In this document: piece by piece, positions 17,745-28,024 of the stretch
How positions within the stretch are numbered: the first letter of the stretch is position 1
How the letters are laid out: every line of letters begins with the position of its first letter
Program-made: the position numbers and the translations under genes
The notes under the pieces: generated by a model
The model's database searches: none
Seen by the model: only the letters and a program-made list of their open reading frames with translations
Told to the model about the DNA's origin: nothing
Assembly: GCA_963651465.1 (NCBI GenBank)
Contig: CAVJPS010000016.1
Location: forward strand, 293 to 64,292
Origin: a bacterium
GTDB taxonomy: Bacteria; Bacillota_I; Bacilli_A; RFN20; CAG-826
Direction of reading: 5' to 3'
Length of the DNA stretch: 64,000 nucleotides

Positions 17745-19934
17745 TTATGAATTAATAACTAATAATTCATCAATTTCATGAATCTTGTCAATTAAACGAT
17801 TCTTTATATCATAGATTGATGGCATCTCTTCTTCTTTAGAAATATCTTTTAATTGGAAAGAAATAGCAGCACGATCAAATTCGCCACCACCATAGCCACC
17901 CTCTATAGATTCACATACTTTTTGAACATTGAATTGTCCACATCCACGTGCTGAAACATAAATCTCTGTTTCATTTATCTTACCGATAACAAAACATACA
18001 TCAACGTCTTTTGTAGCAACGTGTTCGTCAGCTACTTTTGCTAAAATATCCTTATCTAAAACCGCATCAGGGTTTTTAGCGTCTTGAGCACAAATAATAA
18101 ATACATGAGCACCATTACGTAAATAGAAGTTCTCATAATTTTCTGGTTTATCAACATTTGATGTAATCATACATTTTAATTGATATGTTTCGTATGCTTC
18201 TTGTAATAAGTTGTTTGCTTTTATACTATTAGCACCACGGCCAATTAGTAAGTTACATGCATAGAAAGTTGAATCATCTACTCTATTTCTAAAGTTAGAT
18301 GTATCAAGCATAATACCAGCAAGTAAACAATCAGCTGCACCAGCATTAAGTTTAACTGGTTCTTCGGTATATTCTAAAAGGTGAGTTACCATTTCAGAAG
18401 CCGAAGATACTGAAGGATCAATGCATTCTAATAAAGGATCAAGTTCAGTATCAGCAGTTGTCTTCATATGATGGTCGAAAATAACAATACGACTTGGTTT
18501 CACTAAATCTTCAGAAATATCAAAGTTTCTTGAAATAAGAACAGATGCTGGGTTATGAACATCAGTAATAATTAATAAAGTTTTATCATCAAACATTGTT
18601 GCTGCATCATTAGGTGTAACAAAGGCACCTTTAAGTGAATGTTTACGTAATTGATAATATTCATTTAAAGTATTTGATTGAGAAGATGTTGTATCAAATA
18701 CAATAAATGCTGGAACTATTGAACCATCGTTTTTACGAACTGTTTTAACAAAATTATAGAAACCAACACTTGATGCTAATGAGTCAATATCACTAACTTT
18801 ATGTCCAGTAATAATAACTCTATTACTTTCACGAATATAATATGAAAGTTGTTGAGCATATGTACGATAACGAACTAAGTTTTGTTGGCGTTGAATTTTC
18901 TTATTACCACCAAATGCTCGTTGAGTATCTCCTTCAGAAACTACGATTTGGTCGCCACCACGTTTTAATGCTGTTGAAACAGCTTTATTTGAACGTTCAA
19001 ATAATTGTGGAATTGGTTCATTAAATCCATGAGCAAAACCAATTGAAATAGTCATAGGAATAATTGCGTCACTTGTATTTTTATGAATTTCTTCAAGTAA
19101 AGTGAATTTATCATCAATCATCTTTTGGAAGTTTTCATAAGAACACATTATATATAAAGTATCTTCTGCGCTTGACGGTAAGATAATTGCGTTACGTGCA
19201 ATAAAATAGTTATCAATTATTTCATTTGTTGAGTGAAGAATTGATTGGAATTTACGAGTTTCAGTAGATTTTTCAATTTCATCATAAGTATCAAAAATAA
19301 GAGTACCAATTACTAATGATTCATTAATAGCATTTTGATGTTCTTCATTATAAGCAGTAACATCTTTAAAAATGAATAAACGAGATTTTTGAATATATCT
19401 AACTGAATATGAATCATTGTTAATTCTTACTTCTATATCGTGCCCTTCACTAATATCCATTAATTCAGGAAAACAATCAAAGATATTCAAATCTAAGATT
19501 TTAAATTGACGTGATTGTAAGTATGAGTTCATCCAAATAACTTCATTTGTTTCGTTAATAACGGCTAAACCGATGTGACCATAATCAAATGCTTTAGTAA
19601 CATCATTGCCTAATGCTTTAGTAACGTTAACGTCAGTTGTATGACTAAGTTTTGTAATTTTATATAATCGAATATAAATGAAAACAATATCAATACTAAA
19701 GAAACCACTGAAGATAATAAACATATAAATTGGATCTAAGAATTTTTTTGCAAAATCTGCGTTTAAAATGTTGATTAAAATGTAAGCAACAATACAAACA
19801 AGTTCAATACCAAGAAGTATTAAAGAATAGAGTTTTGTAAAATGCAAAGCCCTATATAATGTTTTATGTGATTTAGAATAAGGTTCCCAGAAATAATTTA
19901 AGAACCTATTAGTAGAATTCTTCTTTTGCTTCAT
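17745..19934 (-). CDS. gdpP: GdpP/YybT-type DHH-DHHA1 phosphodiesterase (c-di-AMP PDE family) with two N-terminal TM helices
   Basis: Two TM helices, a PAS-like/degenerate GGDEF middle region, DHH motifs (HKVSDIDSLAS, FDHHM), and a DHHA1 C-terminus. Synteny gdpP-rplI-dnaB. Confidence 0.8.
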   Translation of the reverse strand: MKQKKNSTNRFLNYFWEPYSKSHKTLYRALHFTKLYSLILLGIELVCIVAYILINILNADFAKKFLDPIYMFIIFSGFFSIDIVFIYIRLYKITKLSHTTDVNVTKALGNDVTKAFDYGHIGLAVINETNEVIWMNSYLQSRQFKILDLNIFDCFPELMDISEGHDIEVRINNDSYSVRYIQKSRLFIFKDVTAYNEEHQNAINESLVIGTLIFDTYDEIEKSTETRKFQSILHSTNEIIDNYFIARNAIILPSSAEDTLYIMCSYENFQKMIDDKFTLLEEIHKNTSDAIIPMTISIGFAHGFNEPIPQLFERSNKAVSTALKRGGDQIVVSEGDTQRAFGGNKKIQRQQNLVRYRTYAQQLSYYIRESNRVIITGHKVSDIDSLASSVGFYNFVKTVRKNDGSIVPAFIVFDTTSSQSNTLNEYYQLRKHSLKGAFVTPNDAATMFDDKTLLIITDVHNPASVLISRNFDISEDLVKPSRIVIFDHHMKTTADTELDPLLECIDPSVSSASEMVTHLLEYTEEPVKLNAGAADCLLAGIMLDTSNFRNRVDDSTFYACNLLIGRGANSIKANNLLQEAYETYQLKCMITSNVDKPENYENFYLRNGAHVFIICAQDAKNPDAVLDKDILAKVADEHVATKDVDVCFVIGKINETEIYVSARGCGQFNVQKVCESIEGGYGGGEFDRAAISFQLKDISKEEEMPSIYDIKNRLIDKIHEIDELLVINS

Positions 19935-19989
19935 ATGCATAGTCCTCTTTATAATTATAAACTAAAATATATATATTATTAATAAAAAC

Positions 19990-20017
19990 GTTAAAAAACT
20001 CCTTTTTAAAGGAGTTC
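19990..20017 (-). terminator. Orphan terminator-like hairpin upstream of gdpP
   Basis: AACTCCT / AGGAGTT stem followed by TTTTTT on the minus strand. It lies about 100 nt downstream of the rpsR terminator. Confidence 0.5.
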
Positions 20018-20109
20018 TTAAAATTATTAAGTTAATTTTATTTTTTCCTTTCTGGCTTTTCATTTGATTTATGTTCATCATATTCACCTATATGATTCAA
20101 ATTCTTTAA

Positions 20110-20141
20110 AAACAAAAAACCTTGCCATTGCTGACAAGGTT
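20110..20141 (-). terminator. Rho-independent terminator of the rpsF-ssb-rpsR operon
   Basis: ACCTTGTCA / TGGCAAGGT stem followed by TTTTTTGTTTTT on the minus strand. A second hairpin (AAGAAGTGAT / ATCACTTCTT) precedes it. Confidence 0.7.
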
Positions 20142-20201
20142 ATTAATATTATTTACGTTCATCTCAAGAAGTGATGTTATCACTTCTTTATTTATTACAG
20201 A

Positions 20202-20429
20202 TTAGTCAATAACGTATGGTAATAAAGCCATATAACGTGCATTTTTAATAGCAACTTCTAATTTACGTTGATATTTAGCACATGTACCTGTAACACGGCG
20301 TGGAGTAATCTTGCCGTTAGGAGAAATGAATTTCTTTAATAATTCAACATCTTTATAATCGATGTGAGTAATTTTATTTTTTGCAAAGTAACAAACCTTT
20401 TTACGAGGTCTAATCTTTTTAAAACCCAT
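20202..20429 (-). CDS. rpsR: 30S ribosomal protein S18
   Basis: 75 aa. ...[33 protein letters not shown].... Confidence 0.95.
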   Translation of the reverse strand: MGFKKIRPRKKVCYFAKNKITHIDYKDVELLKKFISPNGKITPRRVTGTCAKYQRKLEVAIKNARYMALLPYVID

Positions 20430-20468
20430 TTTTTAATACTACCTTTCTATAAAAATTATATTTATCAC

Positions 20469-20900
20469 TTAGAATGGTAAATCATCATTAGCCATTCCTA
20501 AGTCTACGACTTCATCAGAATTGTTTTCTGATTCAGCCTCGAAATGTCTTGATTCATCTACTTGTTTTGCTGATCCATTTCCTTTTGGTTCAAGGAATTG
20601 AACTCTTTCACAAATTACTTCTACAACATTGACAGTTTTACCATCTTTATTTTCGTAACTGCGTTGATTTAAACGACCTGTAACACCGACAAGTGAACCT
20701 TTATGAGCATACTTTGTAACATTTTCAGCAGCTACATTCCAAACTGTACAAGGAATAAAACTTGCTGTACGATTGCCATTTGCATCTTTGACTTGATTAT
20801 CAACTGCAACAGTGAAGGAAGCAACAGCTGCTCCATTTGTAGTTCTACGAAGTTCAGGATCGCGAACTAAACGACCAACTAAAACGACTGAATTAATCAT
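20469..20900 (-). CDS. ssb: Single-stranded DNA-binding protein
   Basis: MINSVVLVGRLVRDPELRRT OB fold, with an acidic C-terminal tip DDLPF. Confidence 0.95.
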   Translation of the reverse strand: MINSVVLVGRLVRDPELRRTTNGAAVASFTVAVDNQVKDANGNRTASFIPCTVWNVAAENVTKYAHKGSLVGVTGRLNQRSYENKDGKTVNVVEVICERVQFLEPKGNGSAKQVDESRHFEAESENNSDEVVDLGMANDDLPF

Positions 20901-20919
20901 TATTAAATCCTCCTATTAA

Positions 20920-21201
20920 TTAAGCATTAAGGACTAAATGACGAAGAACATTGTTGTTAAGCTTTGTAACACGGTTGAATTCATTAATTGTTTCAACAGT
21001 AGCATTAACTGTAACTACAACATAGTAGCCTTTTGATTCATCATTGATTTGGTATGCTAAATCGCGTAAACCCATTTCGTTGACTTCTAAGACTTTTGAA
21101 CCATTTGTAGAAAGTAATGCGTTAACCTTTTCGATTTCAGCTTTTCTAGCTTCTTCTTCAAGATTAGCTTTTACAATATACATAATTTCGTACTTTTTCA
21201 T
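20920..21201 (-). CDS. rpsF: 30S ribosomal protein S6
   Basis: MKKYEIMYIV... 93 aa. Synteny with ssb and rpsR. Confidence 0.95.
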   Translation of the reverse strand: MKKYEIMYIVKANLEEEARKAEIEKVNALLSTNGSKVLEVNEMGLRDLAYQINDESKGYYVVVTVNATVETINEFNRVTKLNNNVLRHLVLNA

Positions 21202-21290
21202 GAGTACACCTCCCTTTGGACATTCTGGCTATTAAATCTACATCATTAATAGCAGAGAGCATTACCACGCCTTCACACGTGGCTAACTTA
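21202..21290 (-). promoter_or_regulatory. Structured 5' leader of rpsF (possible S6:S18-binding leader) with an upstream TATAAAAT -10 like box
   Basis: The minus-strand sequence has two hairpins between a -10 like box and the SD: CCACG-TGTGAAGG-CGTGG and GCTATTAA-TGATGTAGAT-TTAATAGC. The region is GC-enriched relative to other intergenic DNA. Confidence 0.3.
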
Positions 21291-21392
21291 TTTTATAAAA
21301 TAAAATAGGCATTGTAAAGCACTTTTTCTAATTTTCTTTTAGCCCTTACTAATAATTACGCATAAATAGGCAAAAAACCTTATTTTAAAGAT

Positions 21393-21428
21393 ATAAAAAG
21401 AGTTATCAAAGCTTACTTGATAACTCAT
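21393..21428 (-). terminator. Rho-independent terminator after lysS
   Basis: GAGTTATCAA / TTGATAACTC 10-bp stem followed by TTTTTAT on the minus strand. Confidence 0.7.
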
Positions 21429-21448
21429 TTAAATAAACACTTTATATA

Positions 21449-22945
21449 TTATTTATCTCTCATTGTAGGGAATAATAATACTTCTCTAATTGAAGTTTGT
21501 TCAGTTAAGAACATAACTAAACGGTCAATACCCATACCGACACCACCACAAGGAGGCATACCATATTCAAGAGCTTCAACGAAATCTGTATCCATATCAG
21601 ATGCTTCATCGTTTCCAGCGTCTTTTTCTTTCAATTGATCAAGGAATCTTTGTTTTTGATCAATAGGGTCATTTAATTCTGTATAAGCATTTGCGAATTC
21701 ATGTCCGCCAATATATAATTCAAATCTTTGAACAAAACGTGGATCTTCTGGATCTACTTTTGTTAAAGGAGAAATTTCAATTGGGTGTCCACATAAGAAT
21801 GTTGGTTGAACAAGTTTGTCTTCACAATATTGTTCAAAGAATGCGTTAATAATATGTCCAACAGTAAAATGTTTTTCAACTGGAACGTTGTGTTTTTTAG
21901 CAAGTTCAGTTGCTTCTTCTAAAGTATAATTATTACCTTTAAAGTCGACACCAGTAACTTCTTTAATCATGTCACACATTGTAACAATTTTAAAAGGTTT
22001 TGAAATATCAATCTTTTCTCCTTCAGGATTAAAGATATTCATAAATTCAACTTTATCACCAGCAACTTTTTTAGCAGCGTGTCTAATCATGCCTTCAGTA
22101 ATTCTCATCATAGATGATAAATCACCAAATGCTTCATAAAGTTCAATTGTTGTGAATTCTGGATTGTGAGATAAGTCCATACCTTCATTACGGAATAAAC
22201 GGCCAATCTCATAAACTTTTTCTAAACCACCAACAATTAATCTCTTTAAATGTAATTCAGTTGCAATACGTAAATAGAAATCACGATCTAAAGCATTGTG
22301 ATGAGTAATGAAAGGTCTAGCAGTTGCGCCACCCTTAACGTTTTCTAAAATAGGAGTTTCTACTTCAATAAATCCTAATGAATCACAATATTCTTGAATA
22401 CCACGAATAATTTTTGGACGAGCAATTGCAATGCGCTTTGCTTCTTCATTCATAATTAAGTCAACATAACGACGACGATAACGTTCTTCTTTATCTGTTA
22501 AACCATGGAATTTTTCTGGTAAAGGACGTAATGCCTTAGATAAGTGAGTATATTCTAAGCACTTAACTGTTGGTTCACCAGTTTGAGTTAACATTACTTT
22601 ACCTTTAACTCCAACAAAGTCACCAATATCAGCACTCTTAAATAATGTATATGCTTCTTCACCGATATCGTTAATTGAAATATAAATTTGTTGTTTACCT
22701 TTTATGTCTTGGATTGCAAAGAAAGAAGCTTTACCCATTTTACGAATAAACATGATACGTCCTGCAACACAAACATTTAAGTCCATTGCTTCAACTTCTT
22801 CATGAGTCTTTCCTTGAACCTTTGCTCTAATATCAGCAGACCAGTCTGTACGATTATAAGCTTGACCAAATGGATCAATACCTAATTCTTTTAATTTTTC
22901 AACTTTTTGACGTCTTGCTAATTCTTGATCTGTAAATTCTGCCAT
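21449..22945 (-). CDS. lysS: Lysine--tRNA ligase, class II
   Basis: N-terminal OB domain. Class II motifs (FRNEG, GGVGMGIDRL). Start trimmed to ATG (MAEFTDQ) after SD GAGGTG. Confidence 0.95.
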   Translation of the reverse strand: MAEFTDQELARRQKVEKLKELGIDPFGQAYNRTDWSADIRAKVQGKTHEEVEAMDLNVCVAGRIMFIRKMGKASFFAIQDIKGKQQIYISINDIGEEAYTLFKSADIGDFVGVKGKVMLTQTGEPTVKCLEYTHLSKALRPLPEKFHGLTDKEERYRRRYVDLIMNEEAKRIAIARPKIIRGIQEYCDSLGFIEVETPILENVKGGATARPFITHHNALDRDFYLRIATELHLKRLIVGGLEKVYEIGRLFRNEGMDLSHNPEFTTIELYEAFGDLSSMMRITEGMIRHAAKKVAGDKVEFMNIFNPEGEKIDISKPFKIVTMCDMIKEVTGVDFKGNNYTLEEATELAKKHNVPVEKHFTVGHIINAFFEQYCEDKLVQPTFLCGHPIEISPLTKVDPEDPRFVQRFELYIGGHEFANAYTELNDPIDQKQRFLDQLKEKDAGNDEASDMDTDFVEALEYGMPPCGGVGMGIDRLVMFLTEQTSIREVLLFPTMRDK

Positions 22946-23022
22946 AATTAACACCTCGCTTTATGATTTTATCATAAATAACTATTCTTACCAAATAAAA
23001 CTATATTTATTTTGTATTTCAC

Positions 23023-23991
23023 TTATAAATTATCAATCTCTTTTATAATATTTAAAAAATCTTCATATGTGTTCATAGTTGCTGTAATTTTATTTTTAAT
23101 CACTTTTGTACCAGGAAAACCTTTAAAATAATGTGGTGCTATACCACGCATTTCTTTAACAGCAATAAACTCACCTTTTAGTTTAATAAGCATGTTGAAA
23201 TGAGATTTTAAATATTCAATATTTTGTTGTAATGTTGGATTAGGTAAACGAGTACCATCTTTAAAATATGTAGCAATTTGAGTAATTAAATATGGATTAC
23301 CAAGAGCCCCACGAGCAACCATAATATAATCTGCTCCGGTATATTTTTGATATTTAATTGCATCATCTAAAGTAAAAATGTCACCACTAATTGCTAAAGG
23401 TACTTTCATTTCTTTGCGAATATCTTTTATAAATTCATATCTAGCATTACCAGTATATAATTGATTACGAGTTCTAGGATGAATACCAATTAACGATACT
23501 CCACTACGTTCTAATACTTTAATAGTTTCTTTAACATTAATACATGTATCATCCCAACCAATACGGATTTTTGCAAATACCGGCTTTTTTGATTTTTTTA
23601 CTAACGAAGACATCATATCTTCTAATTCATCTAACCTTTTAAGCCAAGCACTTCCCGCGCCAGTTTTTGTAACTTTAACGACAGGGCATCCTAAATTAAC
23701 ATCAATAAAATCATAATCGATATTTTGATTTTCAACTATTTCTAAAGCCTTAAGTAAGGTTGCTTTTGTTCCACCAAATAATTGAATTGCAACAGGATGG
23801 TCGCTAATACTAGTTTCTAAGTATTTATATGTTTCTTTGTTGTTATATATTAAACCACAATCAGAAACCATTTCAGTATAAGAAATTCCAACACCAAAAG
23901 GCTTGCAAAACTCACGATATGCAAGGTTAGTAATTCCAGCCATTGGAGCAAGAATAACATTACTTTGGATTTCTTTATCTAAAAATTTCAT
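23023..23991 (-). CDS. dusB: tRNA-dihydrouridine synthase (DusB-like)
   Basis: LAPMAGITNLAYR. NLGCPV catalytic Cys. TIM-barrel length of 322 aa. Confidence 0.9.
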   Translation of the reverse strand: MKFLDKEIQSNVILAPMAGITNLAYREFCKPFGVGISYTEMVSDCGLIYNNKETYKYLETSISDHPVAIQLFGGTKATLLKALEIVENQNIDYDFIDVNLGCPVVKVTKTGAGSAWLKRLDELEDMMSSLVKKSKKPVFAKIRIGWDDTCINVKETIKVLERSGVSLIGIHPRTRNQLYTGNARYEFIKDIRKEMKVPLAISGDIFTLDDAIKYQKYTGADYIMVARGALGNPYLITQIATYFKDGTRLPNPTLQQNIEYLKSHFNMLIKLKGEFIAVKEMRGIAPHYFKGFPGTKVIKNKITATMNTYEDFLNIIKEIDNL

Positions 23992-24018
23992 TTAAAATTC
24001 CTTAAAAAAAGGAAAGGA

Positions 24019-26202
24019 TTACTCCTCTCCTTTTTCTTCTTTCTTTTCTTCAGTTTTAGAAGCTTCAGTTTTTGGAGCACGTGGTTTACGTGGTTTAACT
24101 GCTTTAGCCTCACCAGCAGAAATCGGCATTACTTGTTCACCTTTAGTTGGTACTTCTTCACTAGGTTCTTCTGAAGAAGGTTTATTTTCTTCTTTGACCT
24201 CAGCTACTTTTTCACCAAATCCTTTTAAACTACGGTGTTCTAATAAATAAACAATTTCTTCTTGATTGATTGTGTCACGCTCTAAAAGAGTTTCAGCAAT
24301 AAGAATTAAATCATCTTTGTTATCGTTGATAACTTTAATTGCTGTATCATGAGCATCGTCTATAAGTTTACGAATTTCTTTATCAATTTCGAATGCGATT
24401 TGAGTAGAGAAATTACGTTGACTATTGTTGTAATCACGACCTAAGAAAACACTAGAAGTATTATTCTCATATTGAATTGGTCCAAGTGGAGACATACCAT
24501 ACTCAACAACCATAGCACGAGCAATTCTTGTTGCTCTTTCAATATCGTTGTGAGCACCAGTAGAAACATCACCGAAGAAAATTTCTTCAGATGCACGTCC
24601 ACCTAATAAACCAGCAATTTCAGCAATAAGTTCATTCTTAGTTAGTAAGAAACGATCTTCCTCTGGTCCCATTAAAACATGGCCACCAGTTCTACCACGT
24701 GGAACAATAGTGATTTTTTGTACTTTATCTGAATATGGAAGTTTTAAACCACAAATTGCGTGACCAGCTTCATGATATGCAACTTGACGTCTTTCTTTTT
24801 CAGTCATTGCATGAGTATTCTTTGCAGGACCAGCAATACGACGGTCAATTGCTTCATCAATTTCAACCATACTGACACTTTCTTTATTGAAACGAACAGC
24901 TAAAATAGCAGCTTCATTTAAAACGTTCTCTAAATCAGCACCGGAGAAACCAGTTGTACGCTTAGCAATAGCTTTAAAGTCAACATTCTCATCAATAACT
25001 TTGTTACGAGCATGTACTTTTAAAATAGCTTCACGGCCTTCAGCATTTGGAAGGTCAACTGTAATTTGACGATCGAAACGTCCAGCTCTTAATAAAGCCG
25101 GGTCAAGAACATCATCACGGTTTGTTGCAGCCATGACAAGGATACCCGCATTATCAGAGAAACCATCTAATTCAACAAGTAATTGGTTAAGTGTTTGTTC
25201 ACGTTCATCGTTTCCGCCACCTAAACCAGCACCTCTTTGACGACCAACTGCATCGATTTCATCAATGAAGATAAGACAAGGAGCACTTTGTTTAGCTTTC
25301 TTAAACATATCACGAACACGTCCAGCACCAACACCAACGTATAATTCTACGAAGTCAGAACCAGAAATTGAGAAGAATGGAACTCCAGCTTCTCCAGCAA
25401 CAGCTTTAGCAAGTAAAGTTTTACCAGTTCCTGGTGGGCCTACAAGTAAGACACCTTTTGGTAACTTAGCACCAAAACGTGAGTATTTACGAGGATTCTT
25501 TAAGTAATCAACCATTTCAACAAGTTCTGCTTTTTCTTCATCACATCCAGCAACATCATCAAAACGAATATGGGATGTATCTTCACGACGAGCACGGGAC
25601 TTATTGAATTCCATTGCTTTATTGTTTGAACTATTAACAGATGCACTTAATCTTGAGAATAATACAAACGCAATAACAAGACCAATTCCTAAGAAAATAA
25701 TTGTAGGTAAATATTCAAGAAACCAGTTTGTTTCAAATGCATTTTCGTAAGTACGAATGTCAGCAGTGTAATATGTTGATTCGTAAACGCCATCTTTATC
25801 TTTATCACGTAAACGATATTCAATAATTTCAGCAATACTATATTCGCCAGCACTAGTATAACCATCTAAAGTTGTTTCATATTTAAAAACTTCTTTATCA
25901 CTATATGCTGATGAATGCATTTCACATTTAAAATTAACAGTATAAGTAGTACCATCTGAAGTAGTATCGACATATTTACCAGTAATGTAAGTGATAGTTG
26001 TTTCTTCACGAACAGTAACTTTAGTAACGTCTTCATGTGCTAATACTTCAGCAGTTTGAGTTTCATTTAGTAAAACTGTACCACGATTATCTTTACCAAA
26101 GATCATATATAGTAAGACTGCTATAAGACCAATGACAATAATGTAAGGCCAAATAAGACCAAACACCGATTTTTTTCTTTGTTCAGGTGCTTTATTTTCC
26201 AT
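24019..26202 (-). CDS. ftsH: ATP-dependent zinc metalloprotease FtsH
   Basis: Walker [12 protein letters not shown] region. Zinc motif HEAGHA. Lys/Glu-rich C-terminal tail. Confidence 0.95.
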   Translation of the reverse strand: MENKAPEQRKKSVFGLIWPYIIVIGLIAVLLYMIFGKDNRGTVLLNETQTAEVLAHEDVTKVTVREETTITYITGKYVDTTSDGTTYTVNFKCEMHSSAYSDKEVFKYETTLDGYTSAGEYSIAEIIEYRLRDKDKDGVYESTYYTADIRTYENAFETNWFLEYLPTIIFLGIGLVIAFVLFSRLSASVNSSNNKAMEFNKSRARREDTSHIRFDDVAGCDEEKAELVEMVDYLKNPRKYSRFGAKLPKGVLLVGPPGTGKTLLAKAVAGEAGVPFFSISGSDFVELYVGVGAGRVRDMFKKAKQSAPCLIFIDEIDAVGRQRGAGLGGGNDEREQTLNQLLVELDGFSDNAGILVMAATNRDDVLDPALLRAGRFDRQITVDLPNAEGREAILKVHARNKVIDENVDFKAIAKRTTGFSGADLENVLNEAAILAVRFNKESVSMVEIDEAIDRRIAGPAKNTHAMTEKERRQVAYHEAGHAICGLKLPYSDKVQKITIVPRGRTGGHVLMGPEEDRFLLTKNELIAEIAGLLGGRASEEIFFGDVSTGAHNDIERATRIARAMVVEYGMSPLGPIQYENNTSSVFLGRDYNNSQRNFSTQIAFEIDKEIRKLIDDAHDTAIKVINDNKDDLILIAETLLERDTINQEEIVYLLEHRSLKGFGEKVAEVKEENKPSSEEPSEEVPTKGEQVMPISAGEAKAVKPRKPRAPKTEASKTEEKKEEKGEE

Positions 26203-26341
26203 TCACATAACCTCCTTTTGTTGGTTAGACACACACATAAATACAAATTAATGTTAATAAATAAATATAATTTATTAACTTGTGATAATGTTATTATATT
26301 ATCGACAAATAAAAATGTAAACTAATATAATCAAAACAATT

Positions 26342-27583
26342 TTAAATAATATTTGTAAAAATCTCTAAATTAGTATCTTCATTTGATTTAAAATCATTTT
26401 GATAACGTGGAACATATATTATGCGACCATTTTTATCTAAAAAAACAGGCCAATACTTACGAATATTTAAAGGCATTTTCCAATCAATAAAAAGTCTTCT
26501 AACACTTCGTTTAATGCCTTTAATTTCTACATAATCTCCTGGTTTGTAGGATCTAATAGTAAGTGGATAGTCATCGATTGTGATATTTCGATTTGATGTA
26601 TCTTTTAAAAAGTCTAACTTAAAATATCTTGTCGTTAATACCCCGGGTTCTAAAAGTTTTACTTCGTAATTAATGTCATCCGTATTGACCTTATTAACTT
26701 TAAGAGCATCATATGATTTAACTAACTTAAAGTCACTATTTAATACCATTTCAAGATTAGGTTTATTGGATTTAATTAATTTAAGAATTTCATAAAGACG
26801 AGATTTACTAATGTTATAAAGACTAGTTTCTCTTTGAATTAAAAAATATAAAATAAATAATTTGACATTTTCATCCTCAATTTTATTAAAAGCATTTAAA
26901 TCAACATAATTATTGCTTAAATATGATTTTGCTTCATTAATCTCTAAATTACGTTTTTTATTAATATTTTCTATTTCTTTTAATAAAGTATTTCTTTCCT
27001 CATCACTAAGTTTTTCAACATAATTATGTCTTATCTTATTACGGGTGTGGACATCTTCTAAATTAGTATAATCAATACTATATGGAACATTATTACTAGC
27101 ACAATATAAAAGTAAATCTTTTTTCTTATATTCAAGTAAAGGACGAACGATTTTCATATCGTATAATGTTGTTTCTTTGCTTATTCCATAAAATGGAATA
27201 AGCATATGTCTTTCTTTTTGCATTACGAATGTTTCAAGTAAATCATCTTGATGATGTGCGATTAAAGTAGCGTATGTATTTTCAATACGAGATATGTGAC
27301 GGAAAAATTTATAGCGAATATCACGAGCCCAAGCTTCAAAATTACCATCCTTATTAGAGTTAAAATATACATCATTTTTTACATATAATTTAATGTTATA
27401 TTTTAAACAGTATTCTTTAATTGATTTTTCTTCTATTTCAGATTCTTTTCTTGTATGGTAATTGACAAAACAGACAATAAATGAATAATTTTGTTTTAAA
27501 AGCATGTCAAAAAGTGCCATTGAATCTGGTCCAAATGAACACGCTAAAATATATTTTTCATCGTTTTTTAAATCCAATTTCAT
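26342..27583 (-). CDS. tilS: tRNA(Ile)-lysidine synthase TilS
   Basis: N-terminal PP-loop region (LACSFGPDSMAL). Position immediately upstream of ftsH. Start trimmed to the ATG after SD TGAGGT. Confidence 0.8.
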   Translation of the reverse strand: MKLDLKNDEKYILACSFGPDSMALFDMLLKQNYSFIVCFVNYHTRKESEIEEKSIKEYCLKYNIKLYVKNDVYFNSNKDGNFEAWARDIRYKFFRHISRIENTYATLIAHHQDDLLETFVMQKERHMLIPFYGISKETTLYDMKIVRPLLEYKKKDLLLYCASNNVPYSIDYTNLEDVHTRNKIRHNYVEKLSDEERNTLLKEIENINKKRNLEINEAKSYLSNNYVDLNAFNKIEDENVKLFILYFLIQRETSLYNISKSRLYEILKLIKSNKPNLEMVLNSDFKLVKSYDALKVNKVNTDDINYEVKLLEPGVLTTRYFKLDFLKDTSNRNITIDDYPLTIRSYKPGDYVEIKGIKRSVRRLFIDWKMPLNIRKYWPVFLDKNGRIIYVPRYQNDFKSNEDTNLEIFTNII

Positions 27584-27630
27584 ACTGTACCTCAATTATA
27601 ATTACGTAATAATTAATGTATATTCCTTAA

Positions 27631-27663
27631 AATAATAAAAGTAGATGTTATAAATCATCTACT
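27631..27663 (-). terminator. Terminator after the 92-aa gene
   Basis: AGTAGATG / CATCTACT stem followed by a T-rich tract on the minus strand. Confidence 0.5.
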
Positions 27664-27667
27664 TAAT

Positions 27668-27946
27668 CTATTTAGTATTAGGAAAATGAGCAACAACTTC
27701 ACCATCATCTAATGTATTAATTGTATTATCTTGCTCTAGATAATCAAAATAAATGTAATCATTACTTACAATTGAATCTTCTTCATTTGATTCAATAATT
27801 TGTTCCATTGTTGTATGAAGTTCCTGGTTACGGAAATATGTTTTAATACCAATATAACTTAAAGCTGATATTAACAATAACGAAAAGACTAATACTAAAT
27901 AAGAGATAGTACGTATTCGTTTATTACGGATTTCATATGCTTCCAT
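27668..27946 (-). CDS. Small single-pass membrane protein (92 aa); could be a DivIC/FtsB-like protein by position only
   Basis: One TM (ISYLVLVFSLLLISALSYIGI) followed by a short acidic ectodomain. SD GAAGGTGA. Confidence 0.55.
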   Translation of the reverse strand: MEAYEIRNKRIRTISYLVLVFSLLLISALSYIGIKTYFRNQELHTTMEQIIESNEEDSIVSNDYIYFDYLEQDNTINTLDDGEVVAHFPNTK

Positions 27947-27998
27947 TTAATATCACCTTCTTTACTTAAGTGTAGCATAAACTTAAAAGAGTTATAAA

Positions 27999-28024
27999 TG
28001 AAAAAAGCCACATATGTGACTTTT
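27999..28024 (-). terminator. Terminator after the lipoprotein gene
   Basis: Palindromic GTCACAT / ATGTGGC stem with a T-run on the minus strand. Confidence 0.55.

Noticed and set aside
20020-20100. A small ORF (MMNINQMKSQKGKNK...) after the rpsR terminator.
   Set aside because: It reads straight through a terminator hairpin and ends only at the gdpP SD. Its composition is spacer-like. I kept the region only as a possible RNA element.
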